DNA from: Owenia fusiformis
Lineage: Eukaryota
Assembly: GCA_903813345.2 (NCBI GenBank)
Contig: CAIIXF020000001.1
Span: 36,146,001-36,210,000, forward strand
DNA: 64,000 bases
Direction of reading: 5' to 3'
Under the pieces are notes generated by a model. The model saw only the letters and a program-made list of their open reading frames with translations. It did no database searches and was not told the DNA's origin. Position numbers and translations under genes: made by a program. Positions 13,689 to 26,557 of this stretch are shown piece after piece (the stretch's first letter is position 1; each line of letters opens with the position of its first letter).

Positions 13689-14969
13689 GTAAGTTCGCAG
13701 AAACTTTTGGAAACAGGTATCACCAGTATCACAAGAAACTGGCAAATGTAGCCATGGTGACCCTTATTAGCAGTATCACATAATTAAGTTGCCATGGTAA
13801 CTGGTAACAGCAGTATCACATAATGAGATTGTCAAATGTGGCATTCATTTACAAAGAAACTTTTGAAATCAACTGAAATGGTCAGTTCAGACTCTGGGCT
13901 TGAAGCATCTATTATAGCACTATAGTTAATTGGGAAGAGTTGAGCAATGATGTATGCCCTCTGTTTTGACCTTGTTTAATATGTCAACCTATAAAAATGA
14001 GTTGATAATAAGGTCATTCAAGCCATTTTTTTTTATCTCTGCATGTGAAACTGTATGGTCAGACAACTCATAATTTAGCAGTTGAAGTTTGATTTGTTGG
14101 TTGAGCTGCCATCTTTCTAACTTCATTATTATTTATTTTACTGATATTATAATTTAAATGAATTTGCAGACCTTATAGAAAGTATTTTCTTTTCAACTAC
14201 ACTCTTCGAATGAGATATGATCCTTTGGTCGAGCCTTGTCAAATTAGAATTTTTATGACACATTTTCTAAATTTAATCAGTTTCACATTGAAACTCTCAA
14301 AGGCCATAAAGCTAAATAAAAACCAAAATATAAAGTTCATATCAGTTGACAATATCACTCTCATATGTCACTCTCATGGCAATTGATTTTGTGGAGGTCC
14401 TCTAAAATGGTATATTATACAGTCGTTTCAGAACATGGACAATGGAAATAATGTTGAATTTACCATAAGGACAAATGTACTACCGAGGTACATTTGAACC
14501 TTTAATGCACCCAGAAAAGCTAGATATAGAGCTGATCATCAGTATATCATTCTCAATGGGAAATTTAAACATTCCTTGTTTTGGATGATATTTATGCCAT
14601 CTTTCCTATAACAAGGAAGAATTTTGTAGATGTTTGTGCTAGCCTCACATATTGCCATCTATGAAACAATATATCATATATGGTGTAGTAAAATTGCATC
14701 CCCATCTGCTACCCTCTTTTACGAATGCTTGTACAATTGTTAGTAACATCTTAATGATCTCAAATGCAGCTCTTATAAATAGACAATGAAGTGTCATGAT
14801 TTGTATTATCTTTAATTGGATCATAAATGATTTAGATCAATTACATATCTTTAAAATCCTAAACAGCATAGTATGTGTTATAAAGAATAGCATTTATATG
14901 GACATATATATATAATGAATTCAGTTTTTGATTGAACAAACATTTCTACTTCTGTTTCTTTTTTTCTAG

Positions 14970-15242
14970 CGTGATTGTCCTTCTGGCCAGTTGACTAGGA
15001 AAAAGTTCCTAGAGGTTTATTCAGGATTTTTCCCAGATGGAAATGCGGAAAAGTTCTGCGAGCATGTGTTCCGGACATTTGATGCAGATAACAGTGGGAA
15101 AATTGATTTTAAAGAATTCTTATTGGCAATTAATATCACTTCTGCGGGAAAACCAGAGGAAAAACTAGAATGGGCATTCCAAATGTATGACATCAATGGA
15201 GATGGTACTATAGAGAAGAATGAGATGGTTGAAATAATAGCG
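14970..15242 (+). CDS. NCS-2-like calcium sensor, coding exon 2 (EF1-EF3)
   Basis: Polypyrimidine tract + TAG acceptor; RDCPSG (disabled EF1), [12 protein letters not shown] (EF2), [12 protein letters not shown] (EF3); 273 nt; phase-0 GTAAGT donor at 15243. Confidence 0.96.
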
Positions 15243-16010
15243 GTAAGTTGGGAATCAGCCTCTGTGGAGAGGAGGGTTCACTGGAGGCAGGGTACACTGT
15301 ATCTGGCAAACAGCTAACATTATCTTTCAGTTGTAATATTAAAGCATAATAAATAATATTAATAATATTGTAGTTTATTGATGGTAATGGGAGTAAGCAC
15401 CTTAACTTATTTAACAGTCATTGATGTTAAAAAATAATCTTTCAGTAAATCTGTACCATGGATAATGTTTTCCCCTCTCTTATTCAAATTTTACTGTTCA
15501 AAATTTGAACCTGTTTTGTGTTCATCTCAACTCTTCCCACTCTAAGCATTTACCAAATGAGTAACATTCCTCATCTGAATTCAAGTACTTTTAGTGTATA
15601 ATATACCTCATTGCCCACATGTCCTACATTGTATTTCATCCACAACTCCCTTTTTGTACACTATAAATAAGTCATATTTTACAGCATGTTTATTTGGTAC
15701 AGACTTGTATGAAGATTGATTTTTTGTTAACTACCAATGACGCAAACACATAGGATAAAGTTCTAATACATGTATACATCATCATTCAGGACAGACTTGT
15801 TCAGACAAACATCTTGTTTCAAGAGTATCACCTTTATATAACTCCCCCTTGTGAAATTGGAATATTGATTTTAATTATTTAAAAGATAAATTATAAGATC
15901 CATAAATCCAGAGCACATGTACTTAGAAATCCCATAAAGTACTTTAATTAATATCGAAAAGTTGAAAACAGTCAAAAGCCATGTCAAAATTTCATTTTCT
16001 GCAGTGCAAA

Positions 16011-16401
16011 AGGACGATTCTCGGTTTGGAGAACGAAGTTCATCATTCTAAATGAGCATTATCCCTGCTTCGGACAAATTTGATTTTTTTACATAATATA
16101 TATTTGAATGTCCTCTTTTGAATAGTCATAATTTAATTTGGGTAATATTTCTAGATTTTTCGCAAAAAGATATTAGCGCAGTACACTGATAAACATCTTT
16201 CCCCAAATCGAGACTTGTATTTATATTGAATCGGTCTATTTGAGCATTATCCCTGCTTCAGACCAATTTGTTATCTTTACATCTTGTAGATTTAAATGTC
16301 CCATTTTGAATATTCATAGTTTAATTTGGGTAATATTTCTAATTTTTTCATGAAAAAAATTATTAGCCCAGGAGACTGTTCTCCAAACCGAGAATCGTCC
16401 T
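16011..16401. mobile_element. MITE with 24-bp TIR and internal ~190-bp duplication (Kolobok-like termini), in NCS-2 intron 2
   Basis: AGGACGATTCTCGGTTTGGAGAAC / GTTCTCCAAACCGAGAATCGTCCT; right flank TTAA, left flank CAAA (TSD not intact); TGAGCATTATCCCTGCTTC repeated at ~16053 and ~16242. Confidence 0.75.
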
Positions 16402-17132
16402 TTAAATTCATTATTGGTTTTTCCAGGCATAAGATTGAGATATTACACCAATATACACAATAGTATTAATAAAATGAAAAAATGATTGTTTCGTAAATTA
16501 GTACCTTAGTGTTGATATACTAGTTGAACTTTGAAATCTCAAAAACAAAGTTGATGCATTCGATAATGAAGGATTGTTTCAGTTTCTAAAAGTCTAAATT
16601 TTGTAGAACAGTTTACTCTTTTTAGTCATTATCAGTTTCCCTTGAATAATTACAGATTTGTTATTACTATATCTACCAATCGCCAATCACTATGATCTAC
16701 ATGTACCTGTATCCAGTTGTCTTACCACTAAATAGTATTCTTGAAACAAGAGTTTGTTAATCTATCTAGACTATTTCCCAAAAACCTTTAAACATAATTA
16801 AGTATTCCTTCACAAGTAGAATCAGAATATGATATTCAATCATTACATTACAATGTATTTAACAGAATTCACTGCAGATACTTTCTATGTACATGGTATC
16901 ATGTTGTGCTTTACATGATCACTGTAAAGATGATGCTTTTTGCCATCATTTTGCTCAAGGCTAAAACTCTTGGCTGATGCTCAGTTGTTTTACTGATGCT
17001 CAATTGAATGCATTGTTTTATTTATTGTTGGGTGATTATTCTTATTTCTACTTGTGTTTTAACTCTCACTTTGACTCTTCAGTTATAGTCTGCTTAGCTT
17101 CACAACATTTCTGTACTTTTTCTAACTTTTAG

Positions 17133-17339
17133 GCAATATATAACATGGTAGGCTCAAGTAACCCAGCCAACTCACCAACAGACACACCACAAGCACGTAC
17201 AGAGGAAGTTTTTGATAAAATGGACGAAAATAAAGATGGAGTATTATCTAAGAACGAATTTGTAAAAGGTTGCTTGGCAGATCGCTTCCTGTATCAAATG
17301 CTAACTGCAGATCAATCAGCAGCAATGGAGGGGGAATAA
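17133..17339 (+). CDS. NCS-2-like calcium sensor, alternative terminal exon 3a (EF4 DENKDGVLSKNE; 195-aa isoform)
   Basis: TTTTAG acceptor; in-frame AIYNMV...FLYQMLTADQSAAMEGE-TAA. Confidence 0.9.
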   Translation, partial: AIYNMVGSSNPANSPTDTPQARTEEVFDKMDENKDGVLSKNEFVKGCLADRFLYQMLTADQSAAMEGE

Positions 17340-17717
17340 TGTTAGCTAATCCATATGACTTCTTACACTAGAGACATGACCAGGTGACGGTCATAACACA
17401 CGTTTCTTATGTCACACATTGGAATATACTCATCATTTGCTTTGTAAATAATCATACTAACTTATGCACAATTGGATATATAAAATTAGTCAATCGTCTC
17501 AAAGCAGCATATACTATTTGTATAAAAGTGTTCAAAATGTTTTTTGTTTTATTTGTTTATTTGCTATAAAGTGTCTTTGCGATATCTGCATTCCTTTCGA
17601 TGGCATGCCAGCAGTTTCTTTGGATATATACTAAACTGTATTGAGTATTATTATCAGAGCTTGCTACCTGGCTCCTAGTTTTTGATGACGCATTCTGTAC
17701 AAGTGTGTGTTTTGTAG

Positions 17718-17930
17718 GCCATCTATAACATGGTCAATAACGCTGGTGGCGAGGTGCCCAATGAGACCCCGGAAGCACGAACGAATGAGATTTTTAGTAA
17801 AATGGATGAGAATGGAGATGGCACCCTCGACAGACAGGAGTTCATTCAAGGATGTATGCAAGATAAGTTCCTCTACCAGATGTTGACAGCTGACAAGTCT
17901 GGAGACCAGCAACAAAATGTAGAAGGATAA
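17718..17930 (+). CDS. NCS-2-like calcium sensor, alternative terminal exon 3b (EF4 DENGDGTLDRQE; 197-aa isoform)
   Basis: TTTGTAG acceptor; in-frame AIYNMV...FLYQMLTADKSGDQQQNVEG-TAA. Confidence 0.9.
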   Translation, partial: AIYNMVNNAGGEVPNETPEARTNEIFSKMDENGDGTLDRQEFIQGCMQDKFLYQMLTADKSGDQQQNVEG

Positions 17931-19164
17931 CAGTTTGCATTGAATGCTATGGAACTAAATATGCATGGTAGTATGGTACAAGTTAAACACAGAAAATGCA
18001 AGGTGTTTTAAAGATGATATTTACCACCATTTTGTGTATAACTTGTACCATTTGTTTATCTTACCATGATGCATAAACTGATCTTGTATATATTGGCATT
18101 TTGCTATTTTAATACTGTTCTATTGTTATACACAAAGGTATATCTGTACATGTAGAGTCAATATAGGTAGTTAGGAATTGAAATTGAAATATTAATGTAT
18201 ATATATTAATTATGATACAACGTGTGATTGCATGTTGTATATAACATTGAATTTTCCACCAACTACATATTTCAATATATACAACGTTTAAACTTACAAA
18301 TTATTTTGATTTGTCATCTAAGATCAGACCTGTTTACCATTAGATATATCTTAACTAGAAGAATACATGTATTATAGAAGTGCTTGTATGTGTTTCATGA
18401 TACAGTTGATAAATATATAGCAACACTGTATTTTAAACGGCCAGAGTACTTTTGTAATCACAGAGTACTTTTAAGAGGTTTTACTGTAGTGTTATTCATA
18501 CAGTTATTATTTTCTAAAAATTTTAAGTAATGGTTAGAATATTCATAACTGTACAATTGTATGAGACTGAGCTATTTGTCACTGCCAAAATATGTCGTAA
18601 TAATTCAGTAAACTAGTTGATAATGCATTAGACGGGCTTAATTTTAACAGAGCTTACATTTGACAAAATATATGTATATTTCTTGACCCATATATTGAGC
18701 TTTTGCCTAATACCTGCATAGTGATTATTGTTTATGTCAATAAGTATAACTGTACAAAATATATGCATATATGTATCTCCAAATTGAATCTTCACAAATG
18801 AAAATGGAAGTTTTTATAACATCCATTCGGGCAAGGAAAGGAATACTTTCATGGCAATATGATTGTCATCGCATTTGTCATGTTATTCAAATATTTTGTA
18901 CCTGTGTTCCATCTTTACCATATGTCTTTCTAAGTTTGTAATTAGATAGTGTTTTCTCCATACAATTTTTTTTGTATCTGTGTTTTGTTTTATGTGAAAA
19001 TACAATGATACTCAAGAGAGGAGACCTATATTCAAATTCACAATTGTAATATAAGAACAAGATCTTGAAATATTGAATAGAGTTTGATACTTTGGAATAG
19101 ATTAATACATAAACTTGTACTTATGTTTTATCAATTTACTGTATTTCTATTCTGTTATCTTAAC

Positions 19165-19220
19165 AATAAATAAGATTATAAGTGTACACATTGTTCTTTT
19201 CACAACTGAGTTTAAATAAA
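19165..19220 (+). terminator. Candidate polyadenylation signals of the NCS-2-like gene
   Basis: AATAAA at 19165-19170 and 19215-19220 after ~1.2 kb of AU-rich 3'UTR-like sequence. Confidence 0.5.
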
Positions 19221-19755
19221 TGATCATCAATGAATATGAACTGTTTCATTTTGTTGCAAAAACAAACCCATATACTTATGCATATACACTATGTGCATGA
19301 TCAATAAAAGGGGGACTAAGAATGTAAAACCAAAAAGTAAGGTAAGGAAATGAATATGAGGTAACAATTGCTCTAAGTGACATCGAACATGATAAATAAA
19401 CATAATGTCACCACTGCCTGAATCTAGGTTGAAATGTTGCATATATCCGCTTACCTATTTTTCTCTATATCATCATGACAAGTTACAAACTGCCAAACTT
19501 GGCACAAATAAAATAGTTGATGTTGATGTTTTATTTGACATTTCGAATTTTTGGTAAATGTCTAGTATTGTAAGACTGGATATCATGCTGTGCTTTCATT
19601 AATCAATATAGTTCTCCTTTGGGAATGACCCATGGCATCATGAAGCATCCTGACAACATAGAAAGACAGTTAAAACTAATATTGGGTCCAGGTAACTGTG
19701 TTTGTATGACATGGCTGTAATGCTTTATGCAATGCGGAAATGTCAGCATGTCATG

Positions 19756-19810
19756 TAGCTCAGTAGAAGAACAATTGTCCGGGAAGCAAGAGGTTGTGAC
19801 TTCAATCCCC
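19756..19810 (+). mobile_element. Degenerate tRNA-derived SINE head
   Basis: A-box-like TAGCTCAGTAG and degraded B-box-like TTCAATCCC at tRNA-like spacing; no clean cloverleaf. Confidence 0.35.
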
Positions 19811-22800
19811 ACTGGAGTGGACTGACTTTTTCACATCAGCTCTTAGCACATGATTTCATTTTGTGTTTTCATCAACCAAATATTTTTTCAAATGAAATAA
19901 AAAGCCATGCTTTTTGTAAGCAAGAAAGAGGCCTCTAAAGTGTCAGTATTTGACAAATATGATGTGGCACTTCTTCACTGGATCCTTTGTAAAATCAGCT
20001 TTTCTCCAGAGCAAACCTTTTGGACTATGTACATTTTCTTAAACTCACTGAAATAGTGTCCACCATATTAGATTATAATGCTGAGATGGAGGTAATAAAG
20101 GAACATGATAGTGTAAATAATGCCACCAAGGGGTATTATGAATACAACCAACATTGCTCAATCTTATTCAGATGATGAGACTCCATGAGGTGCCAGTATA
20201 TGATATTGAGAAAGGATTGAGGGATCTTAAGCACAAGGATAACAGAGGAAGTAAAATGCTCTGTCATATCACCTGTGTACACAATTTATGCCTTCAGTTA
20301 AGCACCTACTTTGTGGTCTTTGTGTTTGACTGTTCCAACTTATGCCAGAGGGAGTGTAAAATAAAGAGTAATCTGCATTATATTATGGATATCATATAAA
20401 TAATATATGAACAAGGATTGTTTTATGTATCCACCAAACTTTCGATTTAGATTTTGATTTGTTAACACCTTGATGTTTTTACAAAAATATTTATCTTACT
20501 GCCTTGGTTTGGTAAATATTACCATTTTTGATGTCTTTAAATCACTGTGAAATTTCTAACGGATAATTCATAATCTGGATTTTAAATGTGGCTATATATT
20601 TTATTTGGCTAGAACCTGACTAAAAGAAAAAGTGTGACTCAAATATAATATTCTCATTTATGATGTAATTCAAAGTACATTTGTATTTTCAAAATAATGG
20701 TGTTGATTTCAGTAAAAAAATGTAAGGAAAAATATGGTAGTCTGTAAAAAAATTATTACAGAAAAAATAACAATATTACAGTGAAGTCCCATAAAATGGA
20801 GGTGGTAAGTCTATATGTTGCCCAGAGTTGATAGTTTTTTGAAAAATTGAATATTTACTAGATTATTCAAATATTGTGTCTGTATATCGAGAATAGACTC
20901 CATACTTCTTGATTAGGAAAACATGAGTGTTTCACATTTCCGTTTCAGACTGATCAGAATTTTTCTTTTGGTTCATTGCATAGTTTTTAGGTAAATGTAG
21001 GTTCAATTTGTAAATCATATTGATCTATGAAATACAATATTGCGCTTGGATTTGGCACTTTTGGATTGTTCCCAGTCAAATTACAGTCTTCATTATCTGG
21101 TTGCCGTTTTACCTGAAATATAGTCGATTCCAAGGTAATTAATAAAGTGTTTTTCTTGGTACTTTCTGGATAGCCCATTTATTCATCTCTAAAACGATTG
21201 ATCAATTATAACAAATAATTGATCATCGTAATATGATAGCCTTAATGCCGAAATTGATGTCTTGTTTAATTCTAAAGGCAACAATGAGAGATATGTAAGC
21301 ACAAGTGCCAAAGGGGAATAGCATTACAAGACACTGCAAGATTTACAAAGAATTATTAAAGCTTTTGTAATAAAAATAATCTTGAGCGTTTAAGATCGAG
21401 TGCTTGATTATGTATACCAATGAAGCTCAATCAGATGACTGTCTGATGCTATTTAGATTGTGTGAGGTATCTGGTTTAACCACTAGATAATACTACTCAT
21501 GTCAGTGTACAGTATTATTTTGTTTTGTTTTCTAATGTTGCCCTTCATTCTTTCTCACCTGCACAATTTGCACATTACATGTAGTTTGTGCAGTTGAGCA
21601 TTAAAAACTATAAATTATGACAGACCCTGTTGAAGCCCTCGTGGAAATGAAACACATTTGGCTTACTCCTATTTCTGATGTTTATAGTTATGTGAATGGC
21701 CTATTATAGGATCTTTATAGTCTATTGATCCATGTTACAAGGAGACTTATCAAGAACATGGCGTCATAAAATTCGGTGTCAGCCTCTTCAACATAACTGT
21801 AAATGAAATTTATAGGATCAATATTTCTATATCATATTTGCAATAATTTTAGAATGTAGTATGAAATTAAGGCAATCATGGCATTAATGTTAGAGTAGAT
21901 TTGAGTTTATTTGTACAGATTCTGTGGCAATTGTGTGTATGTCATATTCTAATGGGAGTATGGATTGTGGGGAATAAGCTTAACTATTGATCGTTAGGAA
22001 CTTATTAGAAATTCCATTCTAAGGCTACAGTTCCATGTATTGTTTACCTAGGTGATGAGAGGCCATCGCTCACATTCATTCTCTTGTAATTTAATCGCAT
22101 CTCAAGCATAAGTGCACACAGCAAAATTATCATCAAAGAATCGACATGTTATCCTGTTGTAATATTAATTAGTATATGCTGTCATAAATAGATAGTAGCA
22201 CATATATAGTTCATCGTTATATGGTAAGGCTGATATAAGTTATTAGGCCGATATTGCTTGGCAGAATAATAACACATGAAGCAGGATATATGTAGCCAAT
22301 ATTGATAGTGCTGGAGCAGGTGTATACAGGTGAGCATATATTTAACACAGCAAAATGATTGCTTTTAGCGGATATTAGATTTATTTTCGATGAACATATA
22401 CAAGGTAAGTTGATGTGATTCTTGTTATGGCCTTATATCATTTTGATGCTGATGTAGTGCAGACAAATGTATTAAGTCAGGTATAAACTCATTGATCTTT
22501 GTTGTCTTCATGTTTGGCTGTATCTCTGTATATGATTAATTTCATGGGTTGTTTCAGAGTGTCAAGTCCATGGAATAATAGCCTCGAGACAACAATTGAT
22601 TTTTGTGTGTACTTTTTATTATTCGTTCAATATTCAATTATTATTTGGAATCATATTCATACAGAGGTCACTTCCTTTTGCCAATTTGCAATCATTCCAA
22701 TTTTTATTGTACTAGTATATATATCATTGTTTCTAGGATACAGAAATACTAATATGACAGAAAAATAACAGTCAGTAATTATGTAATATGTATAATATCT

Positions 22801-22879
22801 GAAGCAGAATTTCACTTAGAAAAGCATAAGAAAAACTTACACTACTGATCAGAGGACTGAAAAAGCTAGTCTATCATTA

Positions 22880-23190
22880 AAGGTCATTCTGACCATGACC
22901 ATTGTGATCCTAATCATGTAAATGATATATGGGAGTAGTAAAACTGAATGAAGGTCAAAAGAGAATTCTGTTGCTGAATTCTCAGTAAATCAAAAATAAG
23001 TAATCAAAAATTCACATGCTTTTTCCAATGGAACTTTTTGGATTGTTAGTATAGATAAATCCTTACAGACTTAATTTAGAAAAAAATGTAATCCTGGTCA
23101 TATATGTAAATGATATGTGAAACTTAGTTAAACTGACTGAAAACGGGACATTGTTATCTTTGTTCAAAAATTTCCGAAAATCCAGCATTT
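22880..23190. mobile_element. Two decayed fragments of the family seen at 42173-42921
   Basis: GGTCATTCTGACCAT...CATGTAAATGATAT and GTAAATGATATGTG...TAGTTAAACTGACTG...AAAATCCAGCAT match the right TIR at ~42749-42870. Confidence 0.65.
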
Positions 23191-23795
23191 TTTCTATATC
23201 TGTTTGGTTAATTTCTGATAACAACAAACCTGAGATGTTGATACATGTACCAATTAATAATCTATCAGTTGACATCCAGAATCAATGGCAGAGAATCATA
23301 TGTCGGTTCACGAAACAAAACAAAGATAATTCAAGGAAGTTAGGACTTTGTTCTGTATGTCGGGGTATCATAAGGCAATAGATTTGTATATCTGTGACCA
23401 AAATGAACAAACATGATTTAACATAGGTATATAAGCCTCTGCCAGAGGAGACACCACCCACTTCTTTACTTCAACCTGCCATTTTGTCTTCACTTTGCTA
23501 CAGCACCTACTAACCTCAAAAATCCTATAAAAATATTTTAGTATATTAATCCACTCTTCATTTTGAAGTGTTTGAACAATGGCAACCTAATGATGCATGA
23601 CAACCTGTCAGTTTGTATATAGGAATTGATCTACCATGTTATAGATTAATGCTATATAGAGGATTTATTTTCAGTTTATATTCAATGTTTATAATGCTCT
23701 CTTTGTATATAAGAAATATGCTGTTAATTGTAGAGGTGACAAAGAACAAAAAAAATTGGTGCCACAGCCTAATACAAATAGTAATTTATGTCTAA

Positions 23796-24500
23796 CCACT
23801 GGTTTTCATGATGTTGCAAACAACTGGTTTTCATGATGTTAGAACCAACTAGTTTTCATGATGTTGCAAACAACTGGTTTTCATCATGATAGAACCAACT
23901 AGTTTTCATGATGTTGCACACAACTGGTTTTCACGATGTTAGAACCAACTAGTTTTCATGATGTTGCACACAACTGATTTTCATGATGTTAGAACCAACT
24001 AGTTTTCATGATGTTGCAAACAACTGGTTTTCATGATGTTAGAACCAACTAGTTTTCATGATGTTGCACACAACTGGTTTTCATGATGTTAGAACCAACT
24101 AGTTTTCATGATGTTGCACACAACTGGTTTTCATGATGTTGCACACAACTGGTTTTCATGATGTTGCATACAACTGATTTTCATGATGTTAGAACCAACT
24201 AGTTTTCATTATGTTGCACACAACTGGTTTTCATGATGTTGCACACAACTGGTTTTCATGATGTTGCACACAACTGGTTTTCATGATGTTGCACACAACT
24301 GGTTTTCATGATGTTGCACACAACTGGTTTTCATGATGTTACACACAACTGGTTTTCATGATGTTGCACACAACTGGTTTTCATGATGTTGCACACAACT
24401 GGTTTTCATGATGTTACACACAACTGGTTTTCATGATGTTGCACACAACTGGTTTTCATGATGTTGCACACAACTGGTTATCATGATGTTGCACACAACT
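23796..24500. repeat. 25-bp minisatellite (~28 copies) with 50-bp dimeric higher-order structure in its 5' half
   Basis: CAACTGGTTTTCATGATGTTGCACA units; alternate units end AGAAC and start CAACTAG in the first half. Confidence 0.95.
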
Positions 24501-24592
24501 CTTACTTGGCAAGAAAAATTGCTATATGTAAAATTCCTGGGGATTTTTACTTCTTTTATATATGGGCGATAATCCGAATGGTCTGAAGGAGG

Positions 24593-26190
24593 TTTTTATG
24601 TCTCTACCACATACAGGGTGTCCGGAAAGTAAAGATACAAGTGCTCTTATTTTAAGAGATTTGGGTCTTTTGAAAAGAAACTGCTACGGATTGTAGAGGG
24701 AGTTTATTACAATATATCTACCAACTTTCATCACATATAGTCTTAACATGTTCAAGTTATGGTTGTTATGGTAACGGCTGTGAGGGGTATGCGGAGCAGT
24801 TCCAGAACATCGCTAAAATGTCAAAAATTGCTAAAATACAACTATCCGAAACAGTGTTTTTTTGTTGTATTTTCTATCAATGTTTTGCTTTGTTTGTTGT
24901 TTGTATTATTACTGCCATAGTTTTTTCTTTTATATAATGATGTCATTGTTACATATCAGAACTATTTTATGTCACTAACCAGTATAATCAAAGAAATATC
25001 ATACAAGTGCTTAGAAAATTCAGTCTCTGGATTAGTTGGAAAGTCAATATTGCATCTCTATAATACACCAATTCACAAAGCAAAGAAAACATTTCTTACA
25101 ATGGATTGTCTTGACATTAAACCTTTCTATACAATGCCCCATATTCACCTGATAGAGCCTTTTTGACTTCTACCTAATGACCATCTGAAAATAATATTTG
25201 TAAGAAGTTCAACATACAAAATGAGTCTCAGCTGTAAGTCAATGTTATCAGTAATTTGAGTGACGGACAGCAATGATTTTGTCAAGTCTTTGAATCCCCG
25301 GTCAAGATGCACCAAAAATGTTTAGATAATGGGGAAAATATTGAATATTAAATGATAGTAGTTATATGAAGAGATCAAATAATGTCACAGTACTAATCCT
25401 TATCCTGTTGTAGTGCATAATTTGATGTAATAAAGGAATAGATGGTAGAATGCCAAGATGTTATGAGCAGGAAAGAGATTTGTAAAACACATTTGTGACG
25501 TTGCTCCACATACCCTCGACTCCCGTTACCATAACGACCATAACTTTTTCATTTTAAAACTAAAAGTCATGACCGTTGCAGGATATATTGCTATACTGTC
25601 ATTCTACATTCTGAAGCAATTTCATCTTATAATAGGTAAATCTCTTAAAATGAGAGCATTTGTATCTTTACTTTCGGGACACCCTGTAGTGTGGGGCCAT
25701 ATTGTCGGCAGTTTTCTTCAAAACCGCTACAGATATCACCTTCAAATTTTCAGGGATAACTTATGAGTGTATACAGATGTGGATGGAAAATGTTCAACTC
25801 AACATCTACCTCCTGTCGGCCATTTTGGAGTCAAATGCTAAAATTCTTGTCTGCAAACTTAAAGAAAAACGGCTTCACAGTTGCTTTTTAAATCTCACTA
25901 CATTCTACATCTGATTAGGTTTTGGACCTGTTAGCTCAGTCATTTTGAATGTCTGAAGAAAAGTTAGCGCGCGATAATACTTTGTATCATATTGAATGGT
26001 GTTTTTGAGTTTTCATACTTTAGCTATTTAGTAGCTTTATAAATAATTTCAGGTATACTTTCTTGTAAAAGCCTATGTCATTTTTAACAGTAGGTATATG
26101 TGATAATTTTGTAAATAGAAATCAGCAAAATCACTTTTTATTGTCAGCCATTTTGGATTTTTCCATCCTAAAATCTTGTCTATAAGTCTT
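24593..26190 (+). mobile_element. Decayed Helentron-associated (HINE/DINE-like) element split by a MITE; 3' end approximate
   Basis: Removing 24614-25688 restores TTTTTATGTCTCTACCACATAGTGTGGGGCCATATTGT, a T-run + hairpin 5' end resembling HINE-type elements; repeated GCCATTTTG motifs downstream. Confidence 0.45.
24614..25686. mobile_element. Tc1/mariner-type MITE with ~185-bp imperfect TIRs
   Basis: CAGGGTGTCCGGAAAGTAAAGATACAA / TTGTATCTTTACTTTCGGGACACCCTG; TA flanks; same CAGGGTGTCC terminus as 760-1737. Confidence 0.88.
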
Positions 26191-26239
26191 GTCTACACAT
26201 TTTCTTCACTTTCCTTAACTTTGTTTAGGAGTATTAGTA

Positions 26240-26557
26240 TTAGTATTTTTTGTATATATTAGAATTTAGCTCTCTCAAATAATTAAATTGGAGTAGATCT
26301 TCATCTTCCTCATTTTCTTTACATACTGGAAATTGCATTTTTAAATCAATTTCTTCGAGGGAGCAACAATCTACTAATTCTTCCAACATCAAAATGGAGT
26401 CAATGAACTTCATATTATATTTTATGTACTCAGTTTCGTTATACATTGAACAATTGGGACAAAGGTTTTCTATTGTTTTATTAATTATGTGCAATTTCGT
26501 AGTTTGATTGATATTTATTTCCCCAGGATTCATCAATGATATTAGAAAGAGGCTCAT
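26240..26557 (-). pseudogene. Possible decayed LINE ORF2 C-terminal (zinc-finger region) fragment
   Basis: TKLHIINKTIENLCPNCSMYNET resembles the CxxC...ET motif at L1/Tx1 ORF2 ends; no RT core seen. Confidence 0.3.

Noticed and set aside
13451..13745. Minus-strand ORFs over NCS-2 exon 1 (and 17664-17915 over exon 3b)
   Set aside because: Antisense shadows of real coding exons.
17718..17930. Exon 3b as a separate gene, or as a constitutive extra exon after 3a
   Set aside because: No N-terminal exons lie between 3a and 3b, and 3a ends in a stop, so both cannot be translated in one protein.
17928..17936. Stop-codon readthrough at NCS-2 exon 3b or neurocalcin
   Set aside because: Contexts TAA-CAG and TGA-GAT do not match the strong TGA-CTAG readthrough motif, and there is no evidence of a conserved extension.
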